64,000 bases of DNA from an uncultured Candidatus Saccharibacteria bacterium (GTDB taxonomy: Bacteria > Patescibacteriota > Minisyncoccia > UBA6257 > 2-01-FULL-56-20): NCBI GenBank assembly GCA_965231155.1, contig OZ246418.1, positions 110,850 to 174,849 of the forward strand. The letters run 5' to 3'. The notes below the pieces were generated by a model, which saw nothing but the letters and a program-made list of their open reading frames with translations, made no database searches and was not told the origin of the DNA. A program made the position numbers and the translations under genes. Positions 45,329 through 53,339 of this stretch are shown here, one piece after another (positions within the stretch are counted from its first letter, which is position 1; each line of letters opens with the position of its first letter).

Positions 45329-47107
45329 CTATACAACCTCAACCTGATAGCACTCTTCACAGTAAATAATTTCCGATCGATCGAGAGCATATCCCGTCTC
45401 AAAATAATGAGGACAGGGAACTAAACCATGCGAGTGAGTAGCACTATTTCTGTACACTCCTCCATCCGAAGAAACTCCTGCACACTGACACTGCCTTTCA
45501 TAAACTTTTATTGAGTTACGCTGAGCAATTCGAGTATAGTGTCGACAGTTCACGCAGAGTCGAGGGAGGGCCAGATTAAACTTCTTATAAAACTGAAGCT
45601 CTTGCGGAATCACTCGAAAAGCCCCCGTGCAACCATGGCTGCAACTTCCCTCGTGTACGCATCCAATAACTTGTTGCAAAACAGTCTCCTCTACATCTTT
45701 TATCTGATCAGGGATCTGAGTGTAAGGAAGGGTTACTGTATGTTGCTTTTTCTCTGAATTTTTCCACTGGAAACAAGCTTTCTTTGATTGTTCTTCAGTC
45801 AAAGGGAAATGTTCATAAGCCAAACTCTCGTTATAAGCATATGTGGAGAGCTCTACTGGGAAAAACTCTCCATATCGATAGACTCGGCCAGCTTGGTCAG
45901 TGAAAGGCACCTCATCCATCTGTTTCTTGATCTTTGAAATGAGTGCTTCATATTCCTCTTTAGCGTACTGCTTATTCAAGATGCAATACTGTTTATTCCG
46001 AAGACCAATACAGCCAAACAGATTAGAGGAAGTCATGCAGTACTCCGAATATTCCAGATCGTTTACGTTAGTGTAACACTGCAAACAAAACTTAAGATTA
46101 TTTGCGCCTGCACCAGTCATTGCAATCTCGTAGCTAAAAGTGGCATTCTCGCCCCACACACTGTAGTCATAACACTCCTTACTCGAAGGCACCTGCATAT
46201 ACTGACAGTACTTCAAATTTTCACAGTCGTTTACAAGATAAGACTTCTTTACGTTTCTCGAGTTGGAAATATAAGAACCACCGACATCAGCATTTTTTGT
46301 TCCTTCGAGATATTTGGTAGGAAATTTTAGCCAAAAATCTTGAGCTTTTCTTCGAATTTGTTCTAACTCTGTATGTGACCCCAAGTTGAATGATTTTAAC
46401 TTCTCTTCGTACTCCTCCTTCGAGTACTGTTCATTAAAAATACAGTAACTCTTCCCTCTGAGATTGACACACCCAAAACAGTTCGTACAACCTCTGAGAT
46501 TCTTCGAAAAATAGACATCGATACAATCGACACACTGACTGGAAAAAAGAGTTCTATTGCAATTTGTGAGCCAGAAGTTCTCGTAACACTGTTCTGACTT
46601 CTGAATATGCGAGTTGTCTATACAATCTCGAGAGTAGTCAACTCCATTTCCATAAGCACAATCTTCGGTATAACTGGCGTTGAAGAGAAGATAACAATTT
46701 TTGAGAAAAGAAGCGTTATTAGAATACTCGCTATTCGTTACAGTAATAATAGACTTGGCTGGACGAGGAACTTTTTTAGATAATTCCAGGTATTGTTCAA
46801 AAAATGGACGGGAAAAATCATAATCCTCACCATAAGTCATTGGATCCCATTCATCAGACCACCACTCCTCCTGAGTGTAGACTGGAAAATGGGCATCGGC
46901 GGGATAGGTTGAAAAAAGATCGGTGCCGGAAAATGAGCTGGTCCTCTTATAGAGAGCCCGCTCATTACGAAAAGCGAGGCGACGTTGAGCCCGACAGAGC
47001 CAACAAAAAGTCGGAGGTGGCACTTCCATCCGCTTATAGAAATCGAAATCCTCCGGTTCAATAATGAATGATTGCTTGCAGTTCTGACAGATCTTATTTT
47101 CGATCAT
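45329..47107 (-). CDS. Cysteine-rich multi-zinc-ribbon family protein, array paralog P6 (His-insert subtype).
   Basis: ICQNCKQSFIIEPEDFDFYKRMEVPPPTFCWLCRAQRRLAFRNERALYKR...WWSDEWDPMTYGEDYDFSRPFFEQ; GCTNCFGCVNLRGKSYCIFNEQYSKEEY; LFGCIGLRNKQYCILNKQYAKEEY; C-terminal ...PRLCVNCR...ATHSHGLVPCPHYFETGYALDRSEIIYCEECY. Confidence 0.8.
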   Translation of the reverse strand: MIENKICQNCKQSFIIEPEDFDFYKRMEVPPPTFCWLCRAQRRLAFRNERALYKRTSSFSGTDLFSTYPADAHFPVYTQEEWWSDEWDPMTYGEDYDFSRPFFEQYLELSKKVPRPAKSIITVTNSEYSNNASFLKNCYLLFNASYTEDCAYGNGVDYSRDCIDNSHIQKSEQCYENFWLTNCNRTLFSSQCVDCIDVYFSKNLRGCTNCFGCVNLRGKSYCIFNEQYSKEEYEEKLKSFNLGSHTELEQIRRKAQDFWLKFPTKYLEGTKNADVGGSYISNSRNVKKSYLVNDCENLKYCQYMQVPSSKECYDYSVWGENATFSYEIAMTGAGANNLKFCLQCYTNVNDLEYSEYCMTSSNLFGCIGLRNKQYCILNKQYAKEEYEALISKIKKQMDEVPFTDQAGRVYRYGEFFPVELSTYAYNESLAYEHFPLTEEQSKKACFQWKNSEKKQHTVTLPYTQIPDQIKDVEETVLQQVIGCVHEGSCSHGCTGAFRVIPQELQFYKKFNLALPRLCVNCRHYTRIAQRNSIKVYERQCQCAGVSSDGGVYRNSATHSHGLVPCPHYFETGYALDRSEIIYCEECYQVEVV

Positions 47108-48795
47108 ACAACTTCTTTGTTATAACATTCCTCGCAGTAGACAATTTCGGGCCGATCTGGAGCATAGGAGGTCTTAATATCTTTACTACACTTTGCACAT
47201 GTTCGATCGAATATTTTAATTGGATTCAGTTTGGCCACTCGACCACGATCGCGACACAATGGACACTGTCGCGGAACAGGAATGCTGAATCGACGATAGA
47301 AATCCAACTCCATCTGAATAATTTGGTAGTTCTTCCCACAAGACTCGCACTTCAAGATCCCCTGAAGAATCTCGTCTTTCACATCTTTAATATGATCAGG
47401 AACTACGACGGTAGCCTCCTTATACTCTCGTACGTCGGGATCGCGCCAGCTAAAACCTCTGCGTAGAGCCTCCTCCTTAGTCAGCGGGAAAAACTCATAC
47501 GCAAGTGACTCGTTATACTTCCAGGGACAGATATCAGTCGGGAAATACTCACCATAGCGATACTCCCTTCCGAGACTGTCTTTGTAGGGAACTTCAGCCA
47601 TCTGCTTTCTGATCTTCGGTACCAACTCCTCATACTCTTCTTTGGTGTACTGCTTATTTAAAATGCAGTAACTCCCCTTTCTGATTCCGAAACAACCAAA
47701 AAGGTTCTCTGAACCATGACAGCCGTACGAGTACTCCAAGTGATGACAGTTGTAATCCCAGAAGCCAAACCTAATATTATTAGCATTCAGACCGACCCAA
47801 GCAGAGTTATAAATCCACTCAGCATTCACGCCAAACTGAGTATAGTCATAAGCTTTTCTTGTCGGTCCAGACTTCAGAAGTTGACCAAAACGAACGTCTT
47901 CGGCATAACCAGCCATATACGAATCACGAACATTCTTGGCGTTGTAAATGTAATCCCCTGAAACGTTTTCGTTCTTTCTCCCATGAAATGCCTTTCGGGG
48001 ATATTTCAAGAAAAATTCATTCACTTTCTTCCTAAAGGTCTCTCGAGCTTGAAATGAACCAAGATTTAGTTCAGCCAACTGCCTCTCAAATTCTTCCTTA
48101 GAAACAGGCTGATTAAAGATCTGATAGCTCTGACCTCGAAGATTGATACATCCAATACAATTCGTACAGCCAACTAAGTTTTTAGAAAAATAGACATTAT
48201 GACACTCGTCGCAGTCTTCCGAGTAGAAAGCTTGATAGCATTTATTGCATGTTAAGAAATCATATGAAAGCTCATCGAAGTTTACATAGTTACCATCTAT
48301 ACAATCCTTCATGTCCGTCGCCGTATTTACATACGCGCAGTTCTCCGTGCCATCAATTCGGAAACATAGGTAGCAGTCTTTAAGTGTTGAGGCGGCGTTA
48401 CAGTACTCGCTCCGAATCATGCTGGAGTACTCAGTATAAAGAACGGGATGCGGTGTGGCTTTTAAAAGCTCGTCAAACTGCTCAAAAAAAGATCGTGAGA
48501 AATCGTAATCTCGTCCATAGGTCTTTGCGTCCCACTTATCAGACCACCAGATGTCTTGTCTATAGGTTTTATAAGGAGCATCGGGATGATAACTTGAAAT
48601 GACACTATCCCCCGTAAAATCACACTTTCGTTTATGGAGAAGGCGATAGCCACACCAAGAGAATCTCTGAAGCATACGACACTCTGGACACCAGGTTGGT
48701 GGAGGTACCTGCATCTGCTCATAGAACGAAAAATCGTCGGGTTCTATGGCGAATGATTTTTGACAACTCTGACAATGCCTTGTTTCCGTGTTCAT
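47104..48795 (-). CDS. Cysteine-rich multi-zinc-ribbon family protein, array paralog P7, first gene of the array.
   Basis: HCQSCQKSFAIEPDDFSFYEQMQVPPPTWCPECRMLQRF...WWSDKWDAKTYGRDYDFSRSFFEQ; GCTNCIGCINLRGQSYQIFNQPVSKEEF; LFGCFGIRKGSYCILNKQYTKEEY; C-terminal CESCGKNYQIIQMELDFYRRFSIPVPRQCPLCR...CAKCSKDIKTSYAPDRPEIVYCEECY. Its stop overlaps the P6 start in an ATGA. Confidence 0.8.
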   Translation of the reverse strand: MNTETRHCQSCQKSFAIEPDDFSFYEQMQVPPPTWCPECRMLQRFSWCGYRLLHKRKCDFTGDSVISSYHPDAPYKTYRQDIWWSDKWDAKTYGRDYDFSRSFFEQFDELLKATPHPVLYTEYSSMIRSEYCNAASTLKDCYLCFRIDGTENCAYVNTATDMKDCIDGNYVNFDELSYDFLTCNKCYQAFYSEDCDECHNVYFSKNLVGCTNCIGCINLRGQSYQIFNQPVSKEEFERQLAELNLGSFQARETFRKKVNEFFLKYPRKAFHGRKNENVSGDYIYNAKNVRDSYMAGYAEDVRFGQLLKSGPTRKAYDYTQFGVNAEWIYNSAWVGLNANNIRFGFWDYNCHHLEYSYGCHGSENLFGCFGIRKGSYCILNKQYTKEEYEELVPKIRKQMAEVPYKDSLGREYRYGEYFPTDICPWKYNESLAYEFFPLTKEEALRRGFSWRDPDVREYKEATVVVPDHIKDVKDEILQGILKCESCGKNYQIIQMELDFYRRFSIPVPRQCPLCRDRGRVAKLNPIKIFDRTCAKCSKDIKTSYAPDRPEIVYCEECYNKEVV

Positions 48796-48855
48796 TAAAA
48801 ACCATTATACCCCGAACTCCAAGAAACAAAAAAAGCCCTTCTTTAGAGCTTTTTC

Positions 48856-50298
48856 TTAAACGATTGGTTCAGGAGGTGGGGCGATATCAGCCGGTTTTCG
48901 GCCTTCAATAATAGCCTTCTCCTGGGCACTGCGAATGATTGTGGACTCCTCTTCCATAATAAGCTTTTTCGCATCATCCACTGGAATCGAGTACTTCTCA
49001 CGAGAACGTTTTACAATTTCTTCTTTAAAAGAACGATGAGGTGGAGGCATGATCTTTAAAGTTTCTGCAGAAAACGGATCATAGGTTTCTCCATCAATCG
49101 TCATCTTGATATAAAACTCTTTCATCCCAAGATTAATCATATCTTTGGTATCAAAGATTGGCGCCATTTCAGGCTTCAACTTCACTGCATCCTCACCACC
49201 AACTCGGAAGATGATGATACTGCCAACGTTTCCAAGCACGGCCGCCTGCACACGCGGAATCAGCTGGCTGACGTACTGGTGGGCAACCGTTAAACATAAT
49301 CCGTATTTTCGTGCTTCAGAAAGGATATTCTCGAATGTTTCTGTTACGAGGTTTTGAAACTCGTCGACATAGAGATAAAAATCGTGACGATCTTTTTCTG
49401 GCAAACCAGCGCGCGACATTCCGGCCTGTTTAATCTTCGTGATAAACATGGCACCAAAGAAACTAGAGTTCTCTTCGCCCAATTTTCCCTTGGCCACATT
49501 GATGAGAATAATTTTCTTCTCCTGCATTAGCTTCTCGAGATCAATCCTATTCCCCTTCTGTCCGAAGATATTCCGAAGCATTGGGTTAGAAAGGAACTGA
49601 CCAAGCTTGTTCACTAATGGAATAATAGCATCGGTATCAAACTTCTCGGACCAATCAGCAAACTCAATTGCCCAGAAACGCTTCACCATATCATCGTCGA
49701 TGTGCTCCACCACTTTCTGACGATAGTTGCGATCGGTGAGCATAGAAATCATACCCCGCATGGTGGCATGAGGATAATCAAGAAGTGCCAAACAGGTGAA
49801 CCGGAAAACGTGTTCAAGACGTGGCGTCCAGTTGGCACCGAACTGTTTTTGCATCACCTCAATTAATCCTTGTGTTAGCTGATGCTTAAAATCAGGATCA
49901 ACGTTCGCTAAAGGGTTGAAGGATACTGGATAGTTGAAATCAGAAGGATCAATCAAAACGACATCCTCAATTCTGTTCTCGGGAATAAAATTGAGCATCT
50001 CTTCGACGACGTCACCGTGAGGATCCATTAAGCAAAGCCCATGACCGTAGGCGATATCCTGACGAAGCATCAACTCAAGAAGTTTAGACTTACCCACACC
50101 GCTCTTCCCAATAATGTAGAGATGGCGACGGCGATCAACCCGCTTAAAACCAAAAATGAATCGCTTCTCCTCGAGGGCGGCCACATAGTTCGTGCGACCA
50201 ATAAACACAATATCCTCTGGCTTCCCCCGACCATAGATCGGGAGTTCTGAAGGAGGTGGAGCGTATTTAATTATCTGAATCTTCCCTTCGCGTGGCAT
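48856..50298 (-). CDS. Soluble TraD/TrwB/VirD4-like P-loop ATPase, paralog of 34447..36177, without the low-complexity tail.
   Basis: FIFGFKRVDRRRHLYIIGKSGVGKSKLL (Walker A), LMDPHGDV, FYLYVDEFQNLVTETF (Walker B), LSEARKYGLCLTVAHQYVSQL. It is collinear with the other ATPase over about 430 aa and has no transmembrane segment. Confidence 0.65.
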   Translation of the reverse strand: MPREGKIQIIKYAPPPSELPIYGRGKPEDIVFIGRTNYVAALEEKRFIFGFKRVDRRRHLYIIGKSGVGKSKLLELMLRQDIAYGHGLCLMDPHGDVVEEMLNFIPENRIEDVVLIDPSDFNYPVSFNPLANVDPDFKHQLTQGLIEVMQKQFGANWTPRLEHVFRFTCLALLDYPHATMRGMISMLTDRNYRQKVVEHIDDDMVKRFWAIEFADWSEKFDTDAIIPLVNKLGQFLSNPMLRNIFGQKGNRIDLEKLMQEKKIILINVAKGKLGEENSSFFGAMFITKIKQAGMSRAGLPEKDRHDFYLYVDEFQNLVTETFENILSEARKYGLCLTVAHQYVSQLIPRVQAAVLGNVGSIIIFRVGGEDAVKLKPEMAPIFDTKDMINLGMKEFYIKMTIDGETYDPFSAETLKIMPPPHRSFKEEIVKRSREKYSIPVDDAKKLIMEEESTIIRSAQEKAIIEGRKPADIAPPPEPIV

Positions 50299-50305
50299 AT
50301 CCCAA

Positions 50306-50803
50306 TTATAAGGCTTTTAGCTCTTTTAGGAATGCTTCAAATGCATCAAGTGCTTTCTCTGCCTCGTCAGGACCCACTTTGAAATCCGGCGAATGTACTA
50401 AGTTATTACGAAGACGGTGAGCACGCCACACCCCTTCTAAACTCTTCACCTCGTCCGAAGATAGTTGTCCGAGACGATCCGACATGTGTTCTCCTTCAAA
50501 ACCCATCTGCTTCAGGGTGTCATCAACAACCTTATCAGCCTCGATAACCGATAGAGTAATAGCTTCGTGAGTTCCCAACATAAATTTCTTGACCACTTTT
50601 TCCCAACGCTCCTGCATTATCTTTTCTGAAAGATTAATAGTTCTCTTTTTTGGCTCATTATCGGGATGAAGATTTGGACGATAGTGCCAGAACTTATGAA
50701 TGGCATAGGCGATCACGGCAATCAAAATAATGTCAAAAATAATAAAGAACCACTTCAAAAAATTGAAGTATCGTATCCAGAAATCAGGTTGCGAGAAAAA
50801 CAT
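50306..50803 (-). CDS. Hypothetical single-pass membrane protein with a cytoplasmic helical domain.
   Basis: 165 aa; N-terminal transmembrane helix (WFFIIFDIILIAVIAYAI), then a charged alpha-helical region. It lies 8 nt upstream of the ATPase gene. Confidence 0.45.
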   Translation of the reverse strand: MFFSQPDFWIRYFNFLKWFFIIFDIILIAVIAYAIHKFWHYRPNLHPDNEPKKRTINLSEKIMQERWEKVVKKFMLGTHEAITLSVIEADKVVDDTLKQMGFEGEHMSDRLGQLSSDEVKSLEGVWRAHRLRNNLVHSPDFKVGPDEAEKALDAFEAFLKELKAL

Positions 50804-50819
50804 AGTAGTAGACGTGAAA

Positions 50820-52166
50820 TTATTGGAATTTCTCTAAATCTTCTTCATTTCCGAAAATTGCTAGACCAGACGGTGGACCGGCCTTGCGGTTCTCAGAACG
50901 CTTCACATGAGGTGCAGTCAGCACCACGGCTGTTGGTGGATGGAAAAGAGTAGCCAGACACTGAGTGGTCATCAAAAACTTCTTTGATTTAAAGTTCCAG
51001 TCAAAAAAGTATGAAGTGAGAAGTTTCCCCATGAACGTTTCTGGAGACATCTCGCGTTCACGATAGTTATAGAGCATGCGTTGTTTCTTATACTCGTTAC
51101 GCCAGTGTGGAAAAATATACGGCGGATTCCAAATTTGAGTACGCGTACCGGCAGCGTGATTCTGCTTGAAATAATTAAGGTCACTCACTGCATACTGGTT
51201 AAACGCACCAGCCAGACCACGACGTGGGAAACTATCGTAGTAAAGAGCTTTTGGTGAAAGATAGACGAATCGGATCATCGTCTCGAAGGCTCGCTTCGAA
51301 AGATTGCCCTCAACTGCTTTCAATACATCCGTCTCCCCAGGAGTCCTCACCACGAAGGTACTCTTAAACTCTTCCTTCTGGCCAGTCACCTTACTCGTAA
51401 ATTTTGGCAACGGACCACCAGGGAAACTGACTGTGGTAACCACTTTATCTTTTTTCTTGTGTTCAGTCTTCCCATCTTTAATTTTCTTAATAAGCCCTTC
51501 AAACTCCTCGTGCCATTCGTCCTCAGCGGGAGCAATCAGAATCTGAATCCCCACCAGCTCCTCCTTCTTCACCTTACTCAAGACTTCTATGAAGGTTGAG
51601 ATGGGATCGAACTGTTTGTCCTCGTCAGGTGACTCAAACTCTTTATATGTCTTAATCGGATAGGCTGCTGGTCGTGCAGTGAGCATCTCTGTCCCCCACA
51701 AGTCGTATCCTTGGCGATAACACTCCTGCATATTCGTTGGAAAACGAGTGATGTAATCAGGAACCTCAACCAACTCTATATCGGAATAGTAAGAAAAGAA
51801 GGCAGCCTCCACTAATGGACGTTGCTTGCTATAAAACCGAATATAAAAATGGATCTCCCCACCAAAACTGACCATCTCTAATGCAAACCAACGAGTCACC
51901 TCGCCGTCCTTATACCATTCACCAAAATTTCCGGCAGAGTTCCTCAGGGCATGCAAGGCCATTAAAACCTGCTCCATGGCCTGAGGGCTCGTATTCACTT
52001 CTCGAGGAATGAATATCTCGAGCATCGCCCACTGCGTGTGATGCTCAAAATCCTTCTGTCGCCAGGCAAGCCAGGAGGACTCGAGGAGAGGTAGCAACGC
52101 AAGAAAAAGCCAAAACCACCAGACTGAAAAAACAAAATGGATAATATTCCAGGAAAGTTCGAGCAT
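50820..52166 (-). CDS. Hypothetical membrane-anchored protein (448 aa); first gene of the co-directional block containing the ATPases and the Cys-rich array.
   Basis: N-terminal hydrophobic hairpin (IIHFVFSVWWFWLFLALLPLL), then a large soluble domain with no recognised motifs. Confidence 0.45.
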   Translation of the reverse strand: MLELSWNIIHFVFSVWWFWLFLALLPLLESSWLAWRQKDFEHHTQWAMLEIFIPREVNTSPQAMEQVLMALHALRNSAGNFGEWYKDGEVTRWFALEMVSFGGEIHFYIRFYSKQRPLVEAAFFSYYSDIELVEVPDYITRFPTNMQECYRQGYDLWGTEMLTARPAAYPIKTYKEFESPDEDKQFDPISTFIEVLSKVKKEELVGIQILIAPAEDEWHEEFEGLIKKIKDGKTEHKKKDKVVTTVSFPGGPLPKFTSKVTGQKEEFKSTFVVRTPGETDVLKAVEGNLSKRAFETMIRFVYLSPKALYYDSFPRRGLAGAFNQYAVSDLNYFKQNHAAGTRTQIWNPPYIFPHWRNEYKKQRMLYNYREREMSPETFMGKLLTSYFFDWNFKSKKFLMTTQCLATLFHPPTAVVLTAPHVKRSENRKAGPPSGLAIFGNEEDLEKFQ

Positions 52167-52239
52167 ACTCTATAAGTGTAGCCTACTTTTACGGATTATC
52201 GAAGATAATCCAAATTTTCAAAGTGATCGGAGAAGACCC

Positions 52240-53268
52240 CTAGGCCTCGCGAACCTGATACAAACCATCTGGCCGACGAGAAAAGTTCTTCTTGTTCTGC
52301 AAGTTGGCCACAACAGTGTTCGGCTTAAAGAATCGTTCTTTCTGCACGGCCAGAACAATATCCTCACTCGAAAGAGGTCCCTTTTTCTTTAAGATTCTCG
52401 TAATAACATCGCGGGCAGTGCCTGGCTGATAGCCATGTTCTTCCAAAGCATACATTCCTCGACCAACCAAAATAAACCGCTGATCTTTGATTAGTTCATT
52501 GTGAACCGTTGGTACTAAGGCCATCTTTTTGCCCAAACCAACGTCATTAATAGAAGTCGCGATAATCCGAAAATGCATCGGCTTCTGCTCTTTCTTGAGG
52601 ATAAGATAGATACGATCGCGAATCGTCTGAGGACGAATCTCTGGCCACTCGGCCAAGCCAAAATCACCGAACGCATTCACATGAAAGAGTTTAGAGGTTG
52701 CCACACAGTGATCGGCAAATTCTTTAGTAATCTTCTCGGTGCGAATAAATGATTCGAACACCTCACGACTCTGGCCAGCAGAAACCCGATCCTGCTTACT
52801 CTTCATATATTTTACTAATCGAAGAATTGTCTGATCGGCTTTCTTCATAGCTTTTTCATCCGCATAAAAGAAAGCATAGTGCTCTTCATTCTCTGGGAAA
52901 AAGTTAAACCGCCCAGAAACTCTGGCCAGAAAAATAAGATGCGGAGCAGTAATTCCTGCATAGCTTGCAGTACAAGACTGCACGAACTCTGCCTCCCGTA
53001 CCACGCCACCCATTTGCTTTAGTTTTTCAGCGGTAGCCGAAACAAAGCTTCCCAGGGTTTTATCTTTCAAAAAATCAGTCCGAAGGGCTGCAATACTCCC
53101 CGCTTCAATCTGGCGGACACGCTCTCGGGTGATACTAAAAGCCTCACCAATCATGGCTAGGGTCTGGGGCTCCTTCCCCTCTAGTCCGAATCGATTCACA
53201 ATAACCGCTCGTTGGCGGTCAGTCAGATGGCTTAATAAGCTAGAAATGGCGGATGGAATTCCGTTCAT
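52240..53268 (-). CDS. Putative DNA-binding regulator: sigma-70 region-4-like HTH plus two HARE-HTH (winged-helix) domains.
   Basis: LTDRQRAVIVNRFGLEGKEPQTLAMIGEAFSITRERVRQIEAGSIAALR resembles sigma70 region 4. RIYLILKKEQKPMHFRIIATSIN...ILVGRGMYAL and DVITRILKKKGPLSSEDIVLAV...RRPDGLYQV fit the HARE-HTH pattern ending in G.Y.L. Confidence 0.5.
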   Translation of the reverse strand: MNGIPSAISSLLSHLTDRQRAVIVNRFGLEGKEPQTLAMIGEAFSITRERVRQIEAGSIAALRTDFLKDKTLGSFVSATAEKLKQMGGVVREAEFVQSCTASYAGITAPHLIFLARVSGRFNFFPENEEHYAFFYADEKAMKKADQTILRLVKYMKSKQDRVSAGQSREVFESFIRTEKITKEFADHCVATSKLFHVNAFGDFGLAEWPEIRPQTIRDRIYLILKKEQKPMHFRIIATSINDVGLGKKMALVPTVHNELIKDQRFILVGRGMYALEEHGYQPGTARDVITRILKKKGPLSSEDIVLAVQKERFFKPNTVVANLQNKKNFSRRPDGLYQVREA

Positions 53269-53339
53269 TGGTTTATTTTCTATTTATAACCTATGTTGCT
53301 ATTTAAGTCAACAGATGGTCGAAAATTGCCGAGGAGCGA

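Noticed and set aside
36687-48795. The possibility that the repeated ~1.7-kb units are IS elements or transposases, or a CRISPR-like/DNA repeat array.
   Set aside because: There are no terminal inverted repeats and no DDE, HUH or serine-recombinase motifs. The units differ greatly at the nucleotide level (protein-level paralogy only). Spacing is irregular, and each unit is one long ORF with zinc-ribbon motifs.
36687-48795. The possibility that the Cys-rich proteins are radical SAM enzymes, ferredoxins, or metallothionein-like proteins.
   Set aside because: There is no CxxxCxxC radical SAM motif and no CxxCxxCxxxCP ferredoxin motif. The cysteines occur as CxxC pairs spaced 17-25 residues apart (zinc-ribbon geometry), within large, otherwise normal-composition proteins.
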